Assembly (NCBI GenBank): GCA_965218295.1
Contig: CBDCKN010000015.1
Location: 32,001-96,000 of the forward strand
Reading direction: 5' to 3'
DNA: 64,000 nt
Source of the DNA: Longimicrobiales bacterium
Lineage (GTDB): Bacteria > Gemmatimonadota > Gemmatimonadetes > Longimicrobiales > Gaopeijiaceae
Under the pieces are notes generated by a model. The model searched no databases. It was not told the DNA's origin and saw only the letters and a list, made by a program, of their open reading frames with translations. A program made the position numbers and the translations under genes. Below are positions 19,620-29,318 of the stretch, piece by piece (position 1 is the first letter of the stretch; each line of letters opens with the position of its first letter).

Positions 19620-19922
19620 ATGGCAGGTTATCAGCGTAAGACGGCTCTCTCACCATCGGAAGTCCTGTCGAAGGCCGAGGAGTTGCTTCCCGAGTGGATC
19701 GGCCTCACCAAATCGAAGAGCTCGACCCACGGTGCCACGTACACGGGCAACGAGGGCACGGTCACGCTCACGGCCCATCGTCACGGCCCTTACACCGAGG
19801 TAGTCGCGTCCAGTGATCGACTGCGGACCTCCCGCATGGACTACGAGATCCAGAAGTTCCTGACCGAGCTTCCGTACGAGCCGGGGGACGCCGGTGGACG
19901 GGGATCCGGGGACCCTTCGTGA
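19620..19922 (+). CDS. Hypothetical protein (100 aa)
   Basis: ATG start after a purine-rich stretch; GTGA-coupled to the next gene. Confidence 0.7.
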   Translation: MAGYQRKTALSPSEVLSKAEELLPEWIGLTKSKSSTHGATYTGNEGTVTLTAHRHGPYTEVVASSDRLRTSRMDYEIQKFLTELPYEPGDAGGRGSGDPS

Positions 19923-21517
19923 CCCACTCCTTCGAAGATCTGGAGGTCATGCCGGAGCTGGTCGAGGCGCTGGCGGCCGAAGGGCTAGAGGAGCCTTCGG
20001 AGTTTCAGCGCGCCGCCATTCCGGTCATGCGCCGGGGCAACAACCTTCTCGGGGCCGTCGGCCCTGGAGCCGGAACCCTGGTCGCCTACGGAGTGGCTTT
20101 GCTGGAGCGTACCGTGGCTGGGGCCGGACGACCTGGAGCCGTCGTCCTCACCGCCACGAGCGAAGCCGCCACGGCCCTCGCCGAGTCCCTGGGACGGATC
20201 GCCCTCTCCACGGGCCACTCGCTCGGAGCGCTGGGAGGGGCGTGGGCCCTGCCCGAACGGACGGACGTCCTCTTCGGAACTCCACGAGACATCCGAGCGG
20301 CGGTCGACGGCTCTCAGCTTACCCTCGAGGGTGTCCAGACCGTGGTCGTGGATGGAGCGAGCGCGATCGAGGCGGCCTCAGGTTTGGATTCCGTGAGTGC
20401 CCTCTTCGAGTATCTGGGGACCGGAACCCAGAGAATCGTCCTCAGCCTGCCGATCACACCTTCGGTCGAGGCGCTCGTCTCGACACACGTGGCCAAGGCG
20501 GTCCAGGTCCCGCCCCGCCCTATCGCCGAGGAGCAGGAGGCGCGGTCGCCGGATAGGGGGAAGCTGCGCTTCCGGATCACCGGCGAAGACAAGGTGGAGG
20601 CCCTCCTCAGACTCGTAGCCGAGCTCTTTGCAACCGAGGCCCGGCACGTTCTGGTGTTCTGCCGCTCCGAGGACCGCGTGGCGGATGTCGCAGACTTTCT
20701 GGCCCTCCACGGCTACATGGCCGGGTCACCGGGAGACGACTCGCTTCCCCTATGGCTGACCGTGGCACCGCTACAGGCCCGTGAGGCCCTGGCAAGCCTC
20801 GACTCATCGGAAGACGTGTCGACCGTCAGTCTGGACTGTCCGCCCGACGTGGACACCCTGGACCGGCGCCACGGAGCCGGCGGCCAGGCCACGGTGTTAC
20901 TCCTCTCGCGAGAAGTCCCCCACTTCAGGGACACGGCCCGGCGGGCCGGATACGGCGTCCGCCCTCTTCCGCCACCACCGACGGTGGTAGAGGACCGCAT
21001 CGACGAGATCCGTCAACGACTGGTGGACGCAGCGAAACGGGAAGATCTCGCGCCCCACTTCCTGATCCTGGAGCCTCTCCTGGAGCGCTTCAGCCCTCAG
21101 GAGCTCGCCGCCGCCGCCCTGGCTCTACTGTCCCGGCCAACCACTGCCACCGACGCTCACCCGGCCGCCAAGGCCAGAGCCGAGAAGGCCACGGGGACCG
21201 ACGGCTGGACGCGCCTCTTTGTCAGCGTCGGAGAGATGGAGGGCGTGAAGCCCGGTAACCTTCTGGGGACGCTGGCCGGCGAGTCGGGCGTGGACGGATC
21301 CAACTTCGGGAAGATCGAGATCCGAGACACTTACTCGCTGGTGGAGGTGCGGCCCTCGGAGGCCGAGAAGGTCATCAAGGCGGTCAACGGCCTGAGTATC
21401 CGAGGACGCAGCACCCGGGTGGACTACGATCGGGGCGCGGGGAGCAAGGGCAGCAAGCCGGGAAATTGGGGGGGAACACACCCCCGACCCCGCAGATCCG
21501 AGGATCCACGGGGCTGA
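19919..21517 (+). CDS. DEAD-box-like protein with degenerate ATPase motifs and C-terminal DbpA RNA-binding domain
   Basis: Q-motif-like FEDL...PSEFQRAAIP; motif I reads VGPGAGT and motif II DGAS; C-terminus RLFVSVG...GKIEIRDTYSLVEV. Confidence 0.8.
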   Translation: MTHSFEDLEVMPELVEALAAEGLEEPSEFQRAAIPVMRRGNNLLGAVGPGAGTLVAYGVALLERTVAGAGRPGAVVLTATSEAATALAESLGRIALSTGHSLGALGGAWALPERTDVLFGTPRDIRAAVDGSQLTLEGVQTVVVDGASAIEAASGLDSVSALFEYLGTGTQRIVLSLPITPSVEALVSTHVAKAVQVPPRPIAEEQEARSPDRGKLRFRITGEDKVEALLRLVAELFATEARHVLVFCRSEDRVADVADFLALHGYMAGSPGDDSLPLWLTVAPLQAREALASLDSSEDVSTVSLDCPPDVDTLDRRHGAGGQATVLLLSREVPHFRDTARRAGYGVRPLPPPPTVVEDRIDEIRQRLVDAAKREDLAPHFLILEPLLERFSPQELAAAALALLSRPTTATDAHPAAKARAEKATGTDGWTRLFVSVGEMEGVKPGNLLGTLAGESGVDGSNFGKIEIRDTYSLVEVRPSEAEKVIKAVNGLSIRGRSTRVDYDRGAGSKGSKPGNWGGTHPRPRRSEDPRG

Positions 21518-21524
21518 AACTAGG

Positions 21525-21562
21525 AGAGGCCACGCCCACTGACCGCGTCGGGCGTGGCCTCT
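21525..21562. terminator. Perfect 13-bp hairpin between convergent genes, likely terminator
   Basis: AGAGGCCACGCCC ... GGGCGTGGCCTCT. Confidence 0.65.
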
Positions 21563-21606
21563 ATCCGATCCTTATCCTCAGGGGGGCTAACCCGCCTGGG
21601 CCGTTG

Positions 21607-21888
21607 CTACTGGATGGCGTCTTTGAAACCTTTACCGGCGCGAAAGCCGGGGGTCTTCGAAGCCGGAATGTGAATCGTAGCACCTGTACGAGGATTCCTG
21701 CCCATACGGGCCTTGCGGTGCTTCGACTCGAATGTACCAAAGCCTGTGATCTGAACGCGTCTGTCCATCCTCAGGGCCCCGGCGATGATGCCGCGTCCGC
21801 CAAAGAGTGCGTCCATGGCCCGAGAGGCGTCGGCCTTGGTCATGCCGGCGCGGTCGGCAAGGGCGGCTACCAGATCGGATTTGTTCAT
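21607..21888 (-). CDS. hup: HU family DNA-binding protein
   Basis: MNKSDLV, ITGFGTF, GRNPRTG, PGFRAGK; GGAG RBS. Confidence 0.95.
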   Translation of the reverse strand: MNKSDLVAALADRAGMTKADASRAMDALFGGRGIIAGALRMDRRVQITGFGTFESKHRKARMGRNPRTGATIHIPASKTPGFRAGKGFKDAIQ

Positions 21889-22041
21889 TGCGTTGCTCCT
21901 CAAATGGTGTGATGAGATACGGATCACGGCCTCTGCTGGCCTTCATCGAGCCCCGAACGGGGTTCTCACGCCTCGGGCCTATCGCGCGAGAAATTTGAGC
22001 AAATGGGCCGCGACTGATTCGGGCGAGCTTTGGTCTGGTCT

Positions 22042-22071
22042 ACGGTAAAGCCCCCCCCCTTGGGCCGTCAA
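22042..22071 (-). promoter_or_regulatory. Putative sigma70 promoter for HU
   Basis: TTGACG (22071-22066), 18-bp spacer containing G9, TACCGT (22047-22042); AT-rich upstream. Confidence 0.5.
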
Positions 22072-22167
22072 GAGAAAATTGGCTGAAAACCCGCATCCTG
22101 CCTAGCTTCTGATGGAATCCGGGGTTCGCCGGCACTTCTCCACCGTTTTCAGGAGGCCTACTGCGCG

Positions 22168-22794
22168 ATGCGCGTGTTCATCCCGCGCTTCCTGGGAGCC
22201 CTTGCGTATCTGGTGGGGCTCGCCCTGGTCGGGGTCGTGGGCTACACCATCATCGAAGGGTGGGGGATCCACGACGCCCTCTACATGAGCGTCATCACGA
22301 TCACGGCCGTGGGCTACTCCGAGGTGCTGCCCCTTTCCGAGCTCGGGAGGGACTTCACCATGGCCCTCCTGACCGCCGGAATCACCGGAGTGGGAATTTG
22401 GTTCGCCCTGATCACTTCGTTCATCGTCGAGTTCGACCTAAGCGACGTCAGAAGGAGACACCAGATCATGCGCAGCATCGAGGCTTTGAACGACCATATC
22501 GTCCTCTGTGGAGGCGGGCGGACAGGGCGGCAGGTCATGGAGGAGCTCCTGTCCCTGGGGCAGGAGTTCGTGGTCATCGAGCGCGATCCCAAACGCATGG
22601 AGTGGATCCACGAGCAGTACCCTGAAGTGCTCACCGTGATAGGAGACGCGACGCTATCCCGGCCGGCCGGCTCACCCTACCCACCTGGCAAGAAAAAGCC
22701 CCTGGGCGCCCGACATAGCGCCCGGAGGCTCCCGACATACGGCACGGAGCCGATCAGTCGTCGGCGTCCTCGGTCCTGCAGCGGCAACGCTTGA
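22168..22794 (+). pseudogene. Potassium channel (ion_trans_2 plus RCK-N), C-terminally truncated
   Basis: Filter TITAVGYSE, CGGGRTG, VIERD. Homology stops at IGDAT (about 22653) and the ORF then runs through a terminator. Confidence 0.8.
22689..22730 (-). terminator. Intrinsic terminator on the minus strand
   Basis: AGCCTCCGGGCGC-loop-GCGCCCAGGGGCT followed by TTTTCTT. Confidence 0.75.
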
Positions 22795-22939
22795 ACAGCG
22801 TCAACACCGCGAAGCCGACCAGCATGATGAGGGCCAGCTTGAGCAACGCTCCCACCATTGGGAGGAACAGTATGCCCAGCACCTTCCAGAGAACCACGCC
22901 CGAGAAGCCCAGCAAGGCGACTTGACCAAACATCCTCAT
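22754..22939 (-). CDS. Small membrane protein (61 aa)
   Basis: GGAGG RBS 5 nt before ATG; hydrophobic helices; followed by a terminator. Confidence 0.65.
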   Translation of the reverse strand: MRMFGQVALLGFSGVVLWKVLGILFLPMVGALLKLALIMLVGFAVLTLFKRCRCRTEDADD

Positions 22940-23104
22940 CTCGACCTCCCACTCCATGTAACTGCGACGACAGTGGTGTCCCCTACGAGCTGGCCAGAAA
23001 CAGAGTTTCACGGGTGGAGGCGACCGGCGCGCCGCGGACTCTGCTGACTTGGACGAAAGAGGGCCGGGAGGCTCGGCTGCGGCGCCTTCGGGCGCCGGGA
23101 CCGA

Positions 23105-23134
23105 TTCTACTTGTACCGGTTCTACTTGTACCGG
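23105..23134. repeat. 15-bp tandem duplication of the infA 3' end
   Basis: TTCTACTTGTACCGG occurs twice, head to tail. Confidence 0.9.
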
Positions 23135-23337
23135 TAGGTCACGCGGCCCTTGCTCAGGTCGTAGGGTGACAGCTCGACCTTCACCCGATCTCCCTCGAGG
23201 ACGCGGATGTAGTGCTGCCTCATCTTGCCCGAGAGATACGCCAGCACCTCGTGCCCGTTCTCCAACTCCACCCTGAACCTGGCGTTGGGGAGGACCTCGC
23301 TTACGGTCCCTTCGATCTCGATCGCTTCTTTCGCCAC
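23122..23337 (-). CDS. infA: Translation initiation factor IF-1
   Basis: [35 protein letters not shown]. Confidence 0.97.
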   Translation of the reverse strand: MAKEAIEIEGTVSEVLPNARFRVELENGHEVLAYLSGKMRQHYIRVLEGDRVKVELSPYDLSKGRVTYRYK

Positions 23338-23459
23338 TCGGCCTCACATCCGATCAGTTGATGCAGCACTGGACGATAGCACGCCCTCATAGGGCGAGCA
23401 ACGGGCCCTGAAGGTGTCGGTCGTCCGGCCCGACACAGGTCGACTACCGTGCCAGGCTC

Positions 23460-25850
23460 CTACAAGCGGAGCCGGTAGCTGAGCTTCGCGAACAGGCCAT
23501 CCGCCGTCGGCTGAACGTTCTCGAAACCGAAGCGGCGGGCGTCTTCCATCTCCCTCGTGTAGCCGAGGAAGAACAGCGTGCCCGGCGAGGACTCATACGA
23601 CAGGAGCACCTCGAAGAGGATGTCGTTGTCGGCGGACCCCTCGAGCAGATCGCACCCGTCCTCGTCACACGATTCAAGCGGGAGGCCCGTCTCGGGGTGC
23701 CGAAGGGCAGCCAGCTCCTGGCTGGAGTACTCCACGATACCCCGCACGAAAAGCGCCCGGTTGAACTGATACTGCGCCTTGATGCGGGGAATGGTCGCGC
23801 GGGAGTAGCGGGACCCGTCCTGCTTACGGTTCAGCATCGAGTGCCGGACGCCGGCCTGCACGGAAAGGAAGCGCGTCGGGAGGAACGTCAGACTCACGTC
23901 CCCACCCCACCTGTCCGCCACGTCCACGGGGGCCCCAGTGTTCCTGTAGAAGATGGGCTCTTCCTTGAAGTTGGCGCTGATCCGGCCTCGCAGCCTCTCC
24001 CATCCACTGGTGTACATGAAAACATTGAAGCTGTTCAGACCGCCGAACAGATCGTTATCAGGGAGGAACGGCTCCACCACACCGCCAGGCCGGGTGACGA
24101 TCCCCTCATAATCCTCGGCCGGCGAGGAGAACTCCGACCGGGTGCCCGTCACCCAAACGCTGACGTTATTGCGCAGCGACAGGCTCATGGTGAGCCGGGC
24201 TGTGGCCTCCCGCGAGCGGTTCCCGTCCCAGAAGGCGTCGTGGTCCCAGTAGCCCTGCACGTCCAGGCTGGGGCCCCATCGCTCCACGAAATCCCCAGGC
24301 CCGCCATACCAGTTGTAAGAGACCTGGGTTTGGGCGTGGGCCTCGGCCAAACGGCGAATGAACCCACTCTCCGGGCGGAACCCCGTGCTGAGGTCTTCGA
24401 AGAGGGCGCTGAAGGTCAGTCCCCGTCCCGCCCTCGCGAGCTGCGCATAGAACAAGCTGCCGGTGGAGGTCGCGCCGCCATCGTCTCGGTCCCAGCTGGC
24501 GGCACCCTGAACCTGTAGAGTGTAGCGCCGGGCCATTACGAAATGTCCGTCCAAGCCCGTGACTCGGTTGAAGTCGTCGCTGGTCCTTGTCCGATCCGTG
24601 TAGATCGCTCCCACCGTGGACGCCGACCCGATGTCCTGACGCAGGCGGACCAGGTTCACGTACAGATTCCCTTCGTCGCCCGCCTCGTCGATGGCCCCCA
24701 GGTATCCGAGGTTGGCTCCGCCCACTTTGCCGGTGAGCTTCGCTCCGGTCATGGGATCGACGATGGTACGGGTGAAGACGAGCTGCCGGGGAAGTCCGAA
24801 TATCTCGGTCCCCTCGAGGAAGAACGGGCGCTTCTCCGGGAAGAACAGGGCGAACCGCTCATTCACGGCGATCTGTCCGGCGTCCGCCTCCACCTGGCTG
24901 AAGTCCGGATTCACCGTGCCGTCCAGGGTGAGGTTCGACGTGATTCCGAACGTCATGTTGACCCCAAACTCCCCATTGGGATCGTCCCGGAAGAACTCGT
25001 CGTTGTCGTCGAGCGCGCCGTCTAGGCTTCCCGTGACGACGGGGTTGATCTCCATGAAGAGGCCCGGATCGAGATCCCGGAGCTCCAGGAGCTGGCCGGC
25101 CTCCAGGAGCTTGTTGGGCTGATTCGCGAAGCTCGGCGCCCACGACTGCTGGTAGCCGGTGCGCCGGATCCGGCGGGTCACCTGGATGCCCCACGACTGA
25201 ACCGGGAGATCGGCGAACCGGACGCTCTTGAACGGGATCCTCATCTCAACCTCGTACCCTTGGTCGGTGAGGCGTCCCCCCGACTCCCAGATGAAGTCGG
25301 GATTGTCGTCGATGGGTGGCCACCTGAACCCACCTCCTACCCGGCCGCCGCCCCTACGCCCGCCGCCGCCGCTTCCACTCTCTAGCCAGATCCCGTCCTG
25401 TTGGACCCCGTACGGGTTCACCGAGAAGGCGTACGCCCGTCGCTGGTCGTTGAACGTGTCCAGGACGACGCGGACGTAGTCGTTGGAGCGCGTGACCTGG
25501 TCGCGCTCCGTCATCGTCGCGCGGATTCCGTCCGGATCCGAGTCGAAGGCCTTGATCGCGAGGTAGATCGCGTCATCCGTCACGAAGACGCGCACCTCGG
25601 TTGGCTGCGAGGCGGGAAGGCCCTCCGACGGGTCGTATTGCGTGAAGCCCGTCAGGACCGGCGCGGCATCCCAGATGGACTCATCGATCCGGCCGTCCAC
25701 TCGCACGTCCGGGTTCAAGAAGCGCGGCGTGACGATCTGGAGCTGCCCCGCGGAGCCGTCGTACTCCAGGGCGGCGGGGCGGGACGACACCGTGTCGGCC
25801 GGTGCCGGTGCGCCGCTGAGTTGTAGGATGGCAAACAGTACTGGGATCAT
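23460..25850 (-). CDS. CBM9-like / DUF5916 outer-membrane protein
   Basis: Signal peptide; VDGRIDE, NPYGVQQD, EMRIPF, NPDFSQVEAD, EKRPFFLE; beta-barrel-type C-terminus. Confidence 0.85.
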   Translation of the reverse strand: MIPVLFAILQLSGAPAPADTVSSRPAALEYDGSAGQLQIVTPRFLNPDVRVDGRIDESIWDAAPVLTGFTQYDPSEGLPASQPTEVRVFVTDDAIYLAIKAFDSDPDGIRATMTERDQVTRSNDYVRVVLDTFNDQRRAYAFSVNPYGVQQDGIWLESGSGGGGRRGGGRVGGGFRWPPIDDNPDFIWESGGRLTDQGYEVEMRIPFKSVRFADLPVQSWGIQVTRRIRRTGYQQSWAPSFANQPNKLLEAGQLLELRDLDPGLFMEINPVVTGSLDGALDDNDEFFRDDPNGEFGVNMTFGITSNLTLDGTVNPDFSQVEADAGQIAVNERFALFFPEKRPFFLEGTEIFGLPRQLVFTRTIVDPMTGAKLTGKVGGANLGYLGAIDEAGDEGNLYVNLVRLRQDIGSASTVGAIYTDRTRTSDDFNRVTGLDGHFVMARRYTLQVQGAASWDRDDGGATSTGSLFYAQLARAGRGLTFSALFEDLSTGFRPESGFIRRLAEAHAQTQVSYNWYGGPGDFVERWGPSLDVQGYWDHDAFWDGNRSREATARLTMSLSLRNNVSVWVTGTRSEFSSPAEDYEGIVTRPGGVVEPFLPDNDLFGGLNSFNVFMYTSGWERLRGRISANFKEEPIFYRNTGAPVDVADRWGGDVSLTFLPTRFLSVQAGVRHSMLNRKQDGSRYSRATIPRIKAQYQFNRALFVRGIVEYSSQELAALRHPETGLPLESCDEDGCDLLEGSADNDILFEVLLSYESSPGTLFFLGYTREMEDARRFGFENVQPTADGLFAKLSYRLRL

Positions 25851-26093
25851 CTGGCTTCGCGGCAGGCTGCGCGCTGAGCCCGTCTAAGTGACACTTGAGC
25901 CTTGTAGTATATCGTATGAGTGGCGCCAAGTGCGGACTCTGCGCCCGAGGCACCTCCGGCCACCACGTCACAGAAGACACGCTCCTGCCACAGACAGTTG
26001 AGAGCGGCCCTTGCGCCCATCGCCTGCCCGAGCCGCATATTCGCCTGGCCGCACGTCGGGACCTGCGCTTTAATCTGTCGAAACCATGGGGAG

Positions 26094-26303
26094 ATGAGTC
26101 ACGACTTCGAGCCGCCTGAGCGCGCTCATATCCAGGCCGCCTTGGCGGCAGGCGAGATTCCGACGTGCCCCTGTTGCTCCGGGCGTCTGGATCGCACGGA
26201 GATAGGCCCGCGGGATGATGTGTCGTACGTGCGACGCCGGGTCTGGCTGATGTGCGGGCCGTGCGACAAGAGCCTCGTGCTGGACCAACCAAAAGCGACT
26301 TAG
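26094..26303 (+). CDS. Small zinc-ribbon protein (69 aa)
   Basis: CPCC...CGPC pairs; purine-rich stretch before ATG. Confidence 0.6.
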   Translation: MSHDFEPPERAHIQAALAAGEIPTCPCCSGRLDRTEIGPRDDVSYVRRRVWLMCGPCDKSLVLDQPKAT

Positions 26304-26431
26304 AAGGGCGCCGGCCGGATCGGCAATTCCGAGCGCTAGCCGACGGAAAGCTGGACGCAGACGCCGCGATTGGGAATGTTCCGGGAGGGGTGCCGACGAA
26401 CACCCCCCACCTTCAGCAACCAAGTGAGTCC

Positions 26432-26917
26432 ATGCCGAATCGAATCGCACACGTCACTACCAATCAGGGGGAGTTCAAGGTCGAGCTCTTCGAGGAGCGG
26501 GCGCCCGGAACGACGAAGAACTTCATCGACCTCGTGGAGAAGGGTTACTACGACGGCATCGTGTTCCACCGCGTCATCGCCGGCTTCATGATCCAGGGCG
26601 GCTGTCCTTTGGGAAACGGCACGGGTGGCCCAGGCTACACGATCTCCGACGAGTTCCATCCCGAGCTGCACCACGATTCCGAAGGCATGCTTTCCATGGC
26701 GAATTCCGGGCCTAACACAGGGGGCTCCCAGTTCTTCGTGACTTTGGCTCCCACCGCCTGGCTCGATGGGAAGCATGCGATCTTCGGCAAGGTCGTCGAA
26801 GGCATGGAGGCGGTTCGGGCCATCGGGAGCACCGCGACGGGTCCCGGAGACCGGCCCCTCCAGGAAGTGGTCATGGAGAAGGTCGAGATCGTGAATCCGG
26901 GCCAGCCCTCGGAATGA
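26432..26917 (+). CDS. Cyclophilin-type peptidyl-prolyl isomerase
   Basis: YYDGIVFHRVI, FMIQGG, SMANSG, GSQFF, LDGKHAIFG. Confidence 0.95.
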   Translation: MPNRIAHVTTNQGEFKVELFEERAPGTTKNFIDLVEKGYYDGIVFHRVIAGFMIQGGCPLGNGTGGPGYTISDEFHPELHHDSEGMLSMANSGPNTGGSQFFVTLAPTAWLDGKHAIFGKVVEGMEAVRAIGSTATGPGDRPLQEVVMEKVEIVNPGQPSE

Positions 26918-26979
26918 GGTCATAGCGGACGAAGTCCTAGAAGATGACGCCGATAGTGCGCCGCAGACGATGCCGTCCC

Positions 26980-27184
26980 GCGTCGATGATGAGCTTGCCG
27001 AACCACAGCTGCACGACCGGCGAGAAGGCCAGCACCAACCGCAGGGACACGATGGCGGTGGCGTAGTACGGCTCTGGCCCCGCCACACCATGCGCAGAAA
27101 GCGTGGCACAAGGCGGAGCGCCACCAGGCGCTCTTTGAGGGGCGGAAGATCGACGGAACGGCGCCGTCCGAGACCAGGGGGCAC
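26980..27184 (-). pseudogene. 5' remnant of an ABC transporter ATP-binding/permease gene
   Basis: ERLVALRLVPRFLRMVW, then after a frameshift YATAIVSLRLVLAFSPVVQLWFGKLIID; nothing further. Confidence 0.6.
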
Positions 27185-27213
27185 CGGCTACGCGCTCCGG
27201 AGATCGGCGGGGA

Positions 27214-27717
27214 TCAACCCTCGTCGTCTGCCGGAATCCTGGTGCCGAACTCCCGATCCAGCATGAGGAGCGCGGCCTGGTCGTCGCCGACCATGCGCAC
27301 CTGATCCCAGGCGGCCGAGGCGCTGTCCTCTTCCTCGACCTGCTCGGCGATGAACCACTGGAGCTCTTGCTGGGCCGCCCAATCCCCCTCCTCTCCCGCG
27401 AGCTCGAAGAGGCGATGGATCATGCCCGTCACCTTCTGCTCGTGCTCCAACACACTCTCTAAGATGTCCACAACAGGTCCGAAGGCGGACTGTGGCGCGT
27501 CGATGGCCTGGAGCTCGACCCGCCCGCCACGGCGGAGCACATAGTCGTAAAGTCGCAGAGCGTGGGCCAGCTCCTCCTGGGCCTGCATCTTCATCCAGTG
27601 GGCGAAGCCCGGAAGGTTCTCGCCTCCGAGGTGGGCCGACATGGATAGATAGAGATATCCGGAAGAGAGCTCGTTCTTGATCTGCTCGTTGAATGCGGTC
27701 TGGACCTTGTCGTTCAT
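27214..27717 (-). CDS. ftnA: Non-heme ferritin
   Basis: NEQIKNE, YLSMS, EELAH, EHEQKVT, WFIAEQVEEE. Confidence 0.93.
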   Translation of the reverse strand: MNDKVQTAFNEQIKNELSSGYLYLSMSAHLGGENLPGFAHWMKMQAQEELAHALRLYDYVLRRGGRVELQAIDAPQSAFGPVVDILESVLEHEQKVTGMIHRLFELAGEEGDWAAQQELQWFIAEQVEEEDSASAAWDQVRMVGDDQAALLMLDREFGTRIPADDEG

Positions 27718-27833
27718 AGAGACCCCTGACTGGCTGAGCGTCTGGCCGCCGGCCTACGTGGGGCCGGCCCTGAGGAACGGCTCACAGTACCCCCGAGCCA
27801 TGGAGAAGTGCAGCGATAACCCGAGGACTGAAA

Positions 27834-28166
27834 TCAGCCCTGTGGAGGCTCGTCCCCGCCCCGGGTGATCTGCTCGAGCTTGCCCAATAAGGTGTTGCTC
27901 CCAGCCTCGCTGACCCCGAAAAGCCCGTCCTCGTCGGACTCTGCACGCAGCGCCGCTCCGTGCAGGTTGAGCCACAGGTCGAACCTCTCGCTCACGCGCA
28001 TGACCCTGTAGAAGAACCGGCGTTCACCGTGACGCTTGAAGATGAGATCCGCCGCGAACGCCACGAACGATATCGTGAACACGGCTCCATCCTTGAGTCC
28101 ATCGATCAGCAGTTTGAGCTGGAAGATGCAGAAGTCCCGAATCGAGACCTTGGTTCTCTGGTCCAT
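27834..28166 (-). CDS. Hypothetical protein (110 aa)
   Basis: GAGG RBS; FQLKLLIDGLKD and ERFDLWLNL look like a conserved uncharacterised family. Confidence 0.7.
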   Translation of the reverse strand: MDQRTKVSIRDFCIFQLKLLIDGLKDGAVFTISFVAFAADLIFKRHGERRFFYRVMRVSERFDLWLNLHGAALRAESDEDGLFGVSEAGSNTLLGKLEQITRGGDEPPQG

Positions 28167-28408
28167 TGTTATGCCTCGAGAGCCTTCAGTTCATCACTCT
28201 TGTTTGACCGGACCAACCCTACGGATCTATTACGTGTTTTGCTTCGCTCCCGCCACTTTCCCGGGCGGCAGGATCCTCGCTTTCTCAAAGGAACCTTTCC
28301 CGGGGGGTAACGTACCGATACATCCCTCTCGGCCTGACCTGGACGCCGTCTGTCGCGCGTTCGGCCAACGAGGCCTGGAAGGGAGCGTCGAAGGCGAGAT
28401 TGGAGTGA

Positions 28409-29296
28409 ATGGTGCGCGCATTGGTATCTCTCCTGAGTGCGGCCACGCTCACGCTCCTAACCGGTCCGCCTGTACTTCCTAGCGCGTCGTCCGACCCGTC
28501 TCCACGATCCCCCCTCAACCAGACCACGGGAGAGGCTCGCTTCCTGTCGTCGGAGGCCGTGTCGGTGGCCCTGGGGCTGTTGCACTCCGGCATGCCAGGG
28601 GATGCGGCGGCGCAAGCCGAGGGCATCCCGCGCGAGTTCTATTTCTCCCGCGTGGCATACACCGGATACGGGCGCGGATTCTACACACGGCGCGGCTCCT
28701 GGGCCACGGATTATCCCAAAGCCGACCAGATCTTCCTGTCGTTCATCGACCGGCTTCTGGCCAACCTCGACGCGTACGAGCAGGAGCATCCGGTCCGCCT
28801 GGACGATCCCCAGTTGCGCCGCTTCCCCTACCTCTACGCCCTCGAAGTGGGATACATGGCCCTCACCGAGCCCGAGATCTCGGGACTGCGGAGCTACCTC
28901 CTGGCGGGCGGATTCCTTGTCATCGACGACTTCTGGGGATCCTACCAGTGGGCCAACTTCGAGTACCAGATGCAGCTCGTGCTGCCCGGCTATCCCATCG
29001 TAGACCTGACGCTCGAACACCCGATCTTCACGACCTTCTACGAGATCGAAGAGATCATGCAGGTCCCCAACGTCGGAAACGGCATAAACGGCGGGCAGAC
29101 CCACGAGCGTGACGGGATCGTCCCCATGGTCAAGGGCATCTACGACGAGAACGGCCGCCTCATGGTGTTCATCAACTTCAACACCGACCTGGGCGACGCC
29201 TGGGAGTGGGCGGACCACCCCTATTATCCGCTCAAGTATTCGACGTATGCCTACGAGATGGGCGTGAACTCGATCGTGTACGCCATGAGTCATTGA
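28409..29296 (+). CDS. DUF4159 domain protein, signal peptide
   Basis: WATDYP, LRSYLLAGGFLVIDDFW, HPIF, NTDLGDAWE, MGVN..YAMSH. Confidence 0.85.
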   Translation: MVRALVSLLSAATLTLLTGPPVLPSASSDPSPRSPLNQTTGEARFLSSEAVSVALGLLHSGMPGDAAAQAEGIPREFYFSRVAYTGYGRGFYTRRGSWATDYPKADQIFLSFIDRLLANLDAYEQEHPVRLDDPQLRRFPYLYALEVGYMALTEPEISGLRSYLLAGGFLVIDDFWGSYQWANFEYQMQLVLPGYPIVDLTLEHPIFTTFYEIEEIMQVPNVGNGINGGQTHERDGIVPMVKGIYDENGRLMVFINFNTDLGDAWEWADHPYYPLKYSTYAYEMGVNSIVYAMSH

Positions 29297-29318
29297 TGAG
29301 GACCGAGGAAGCGACCTG

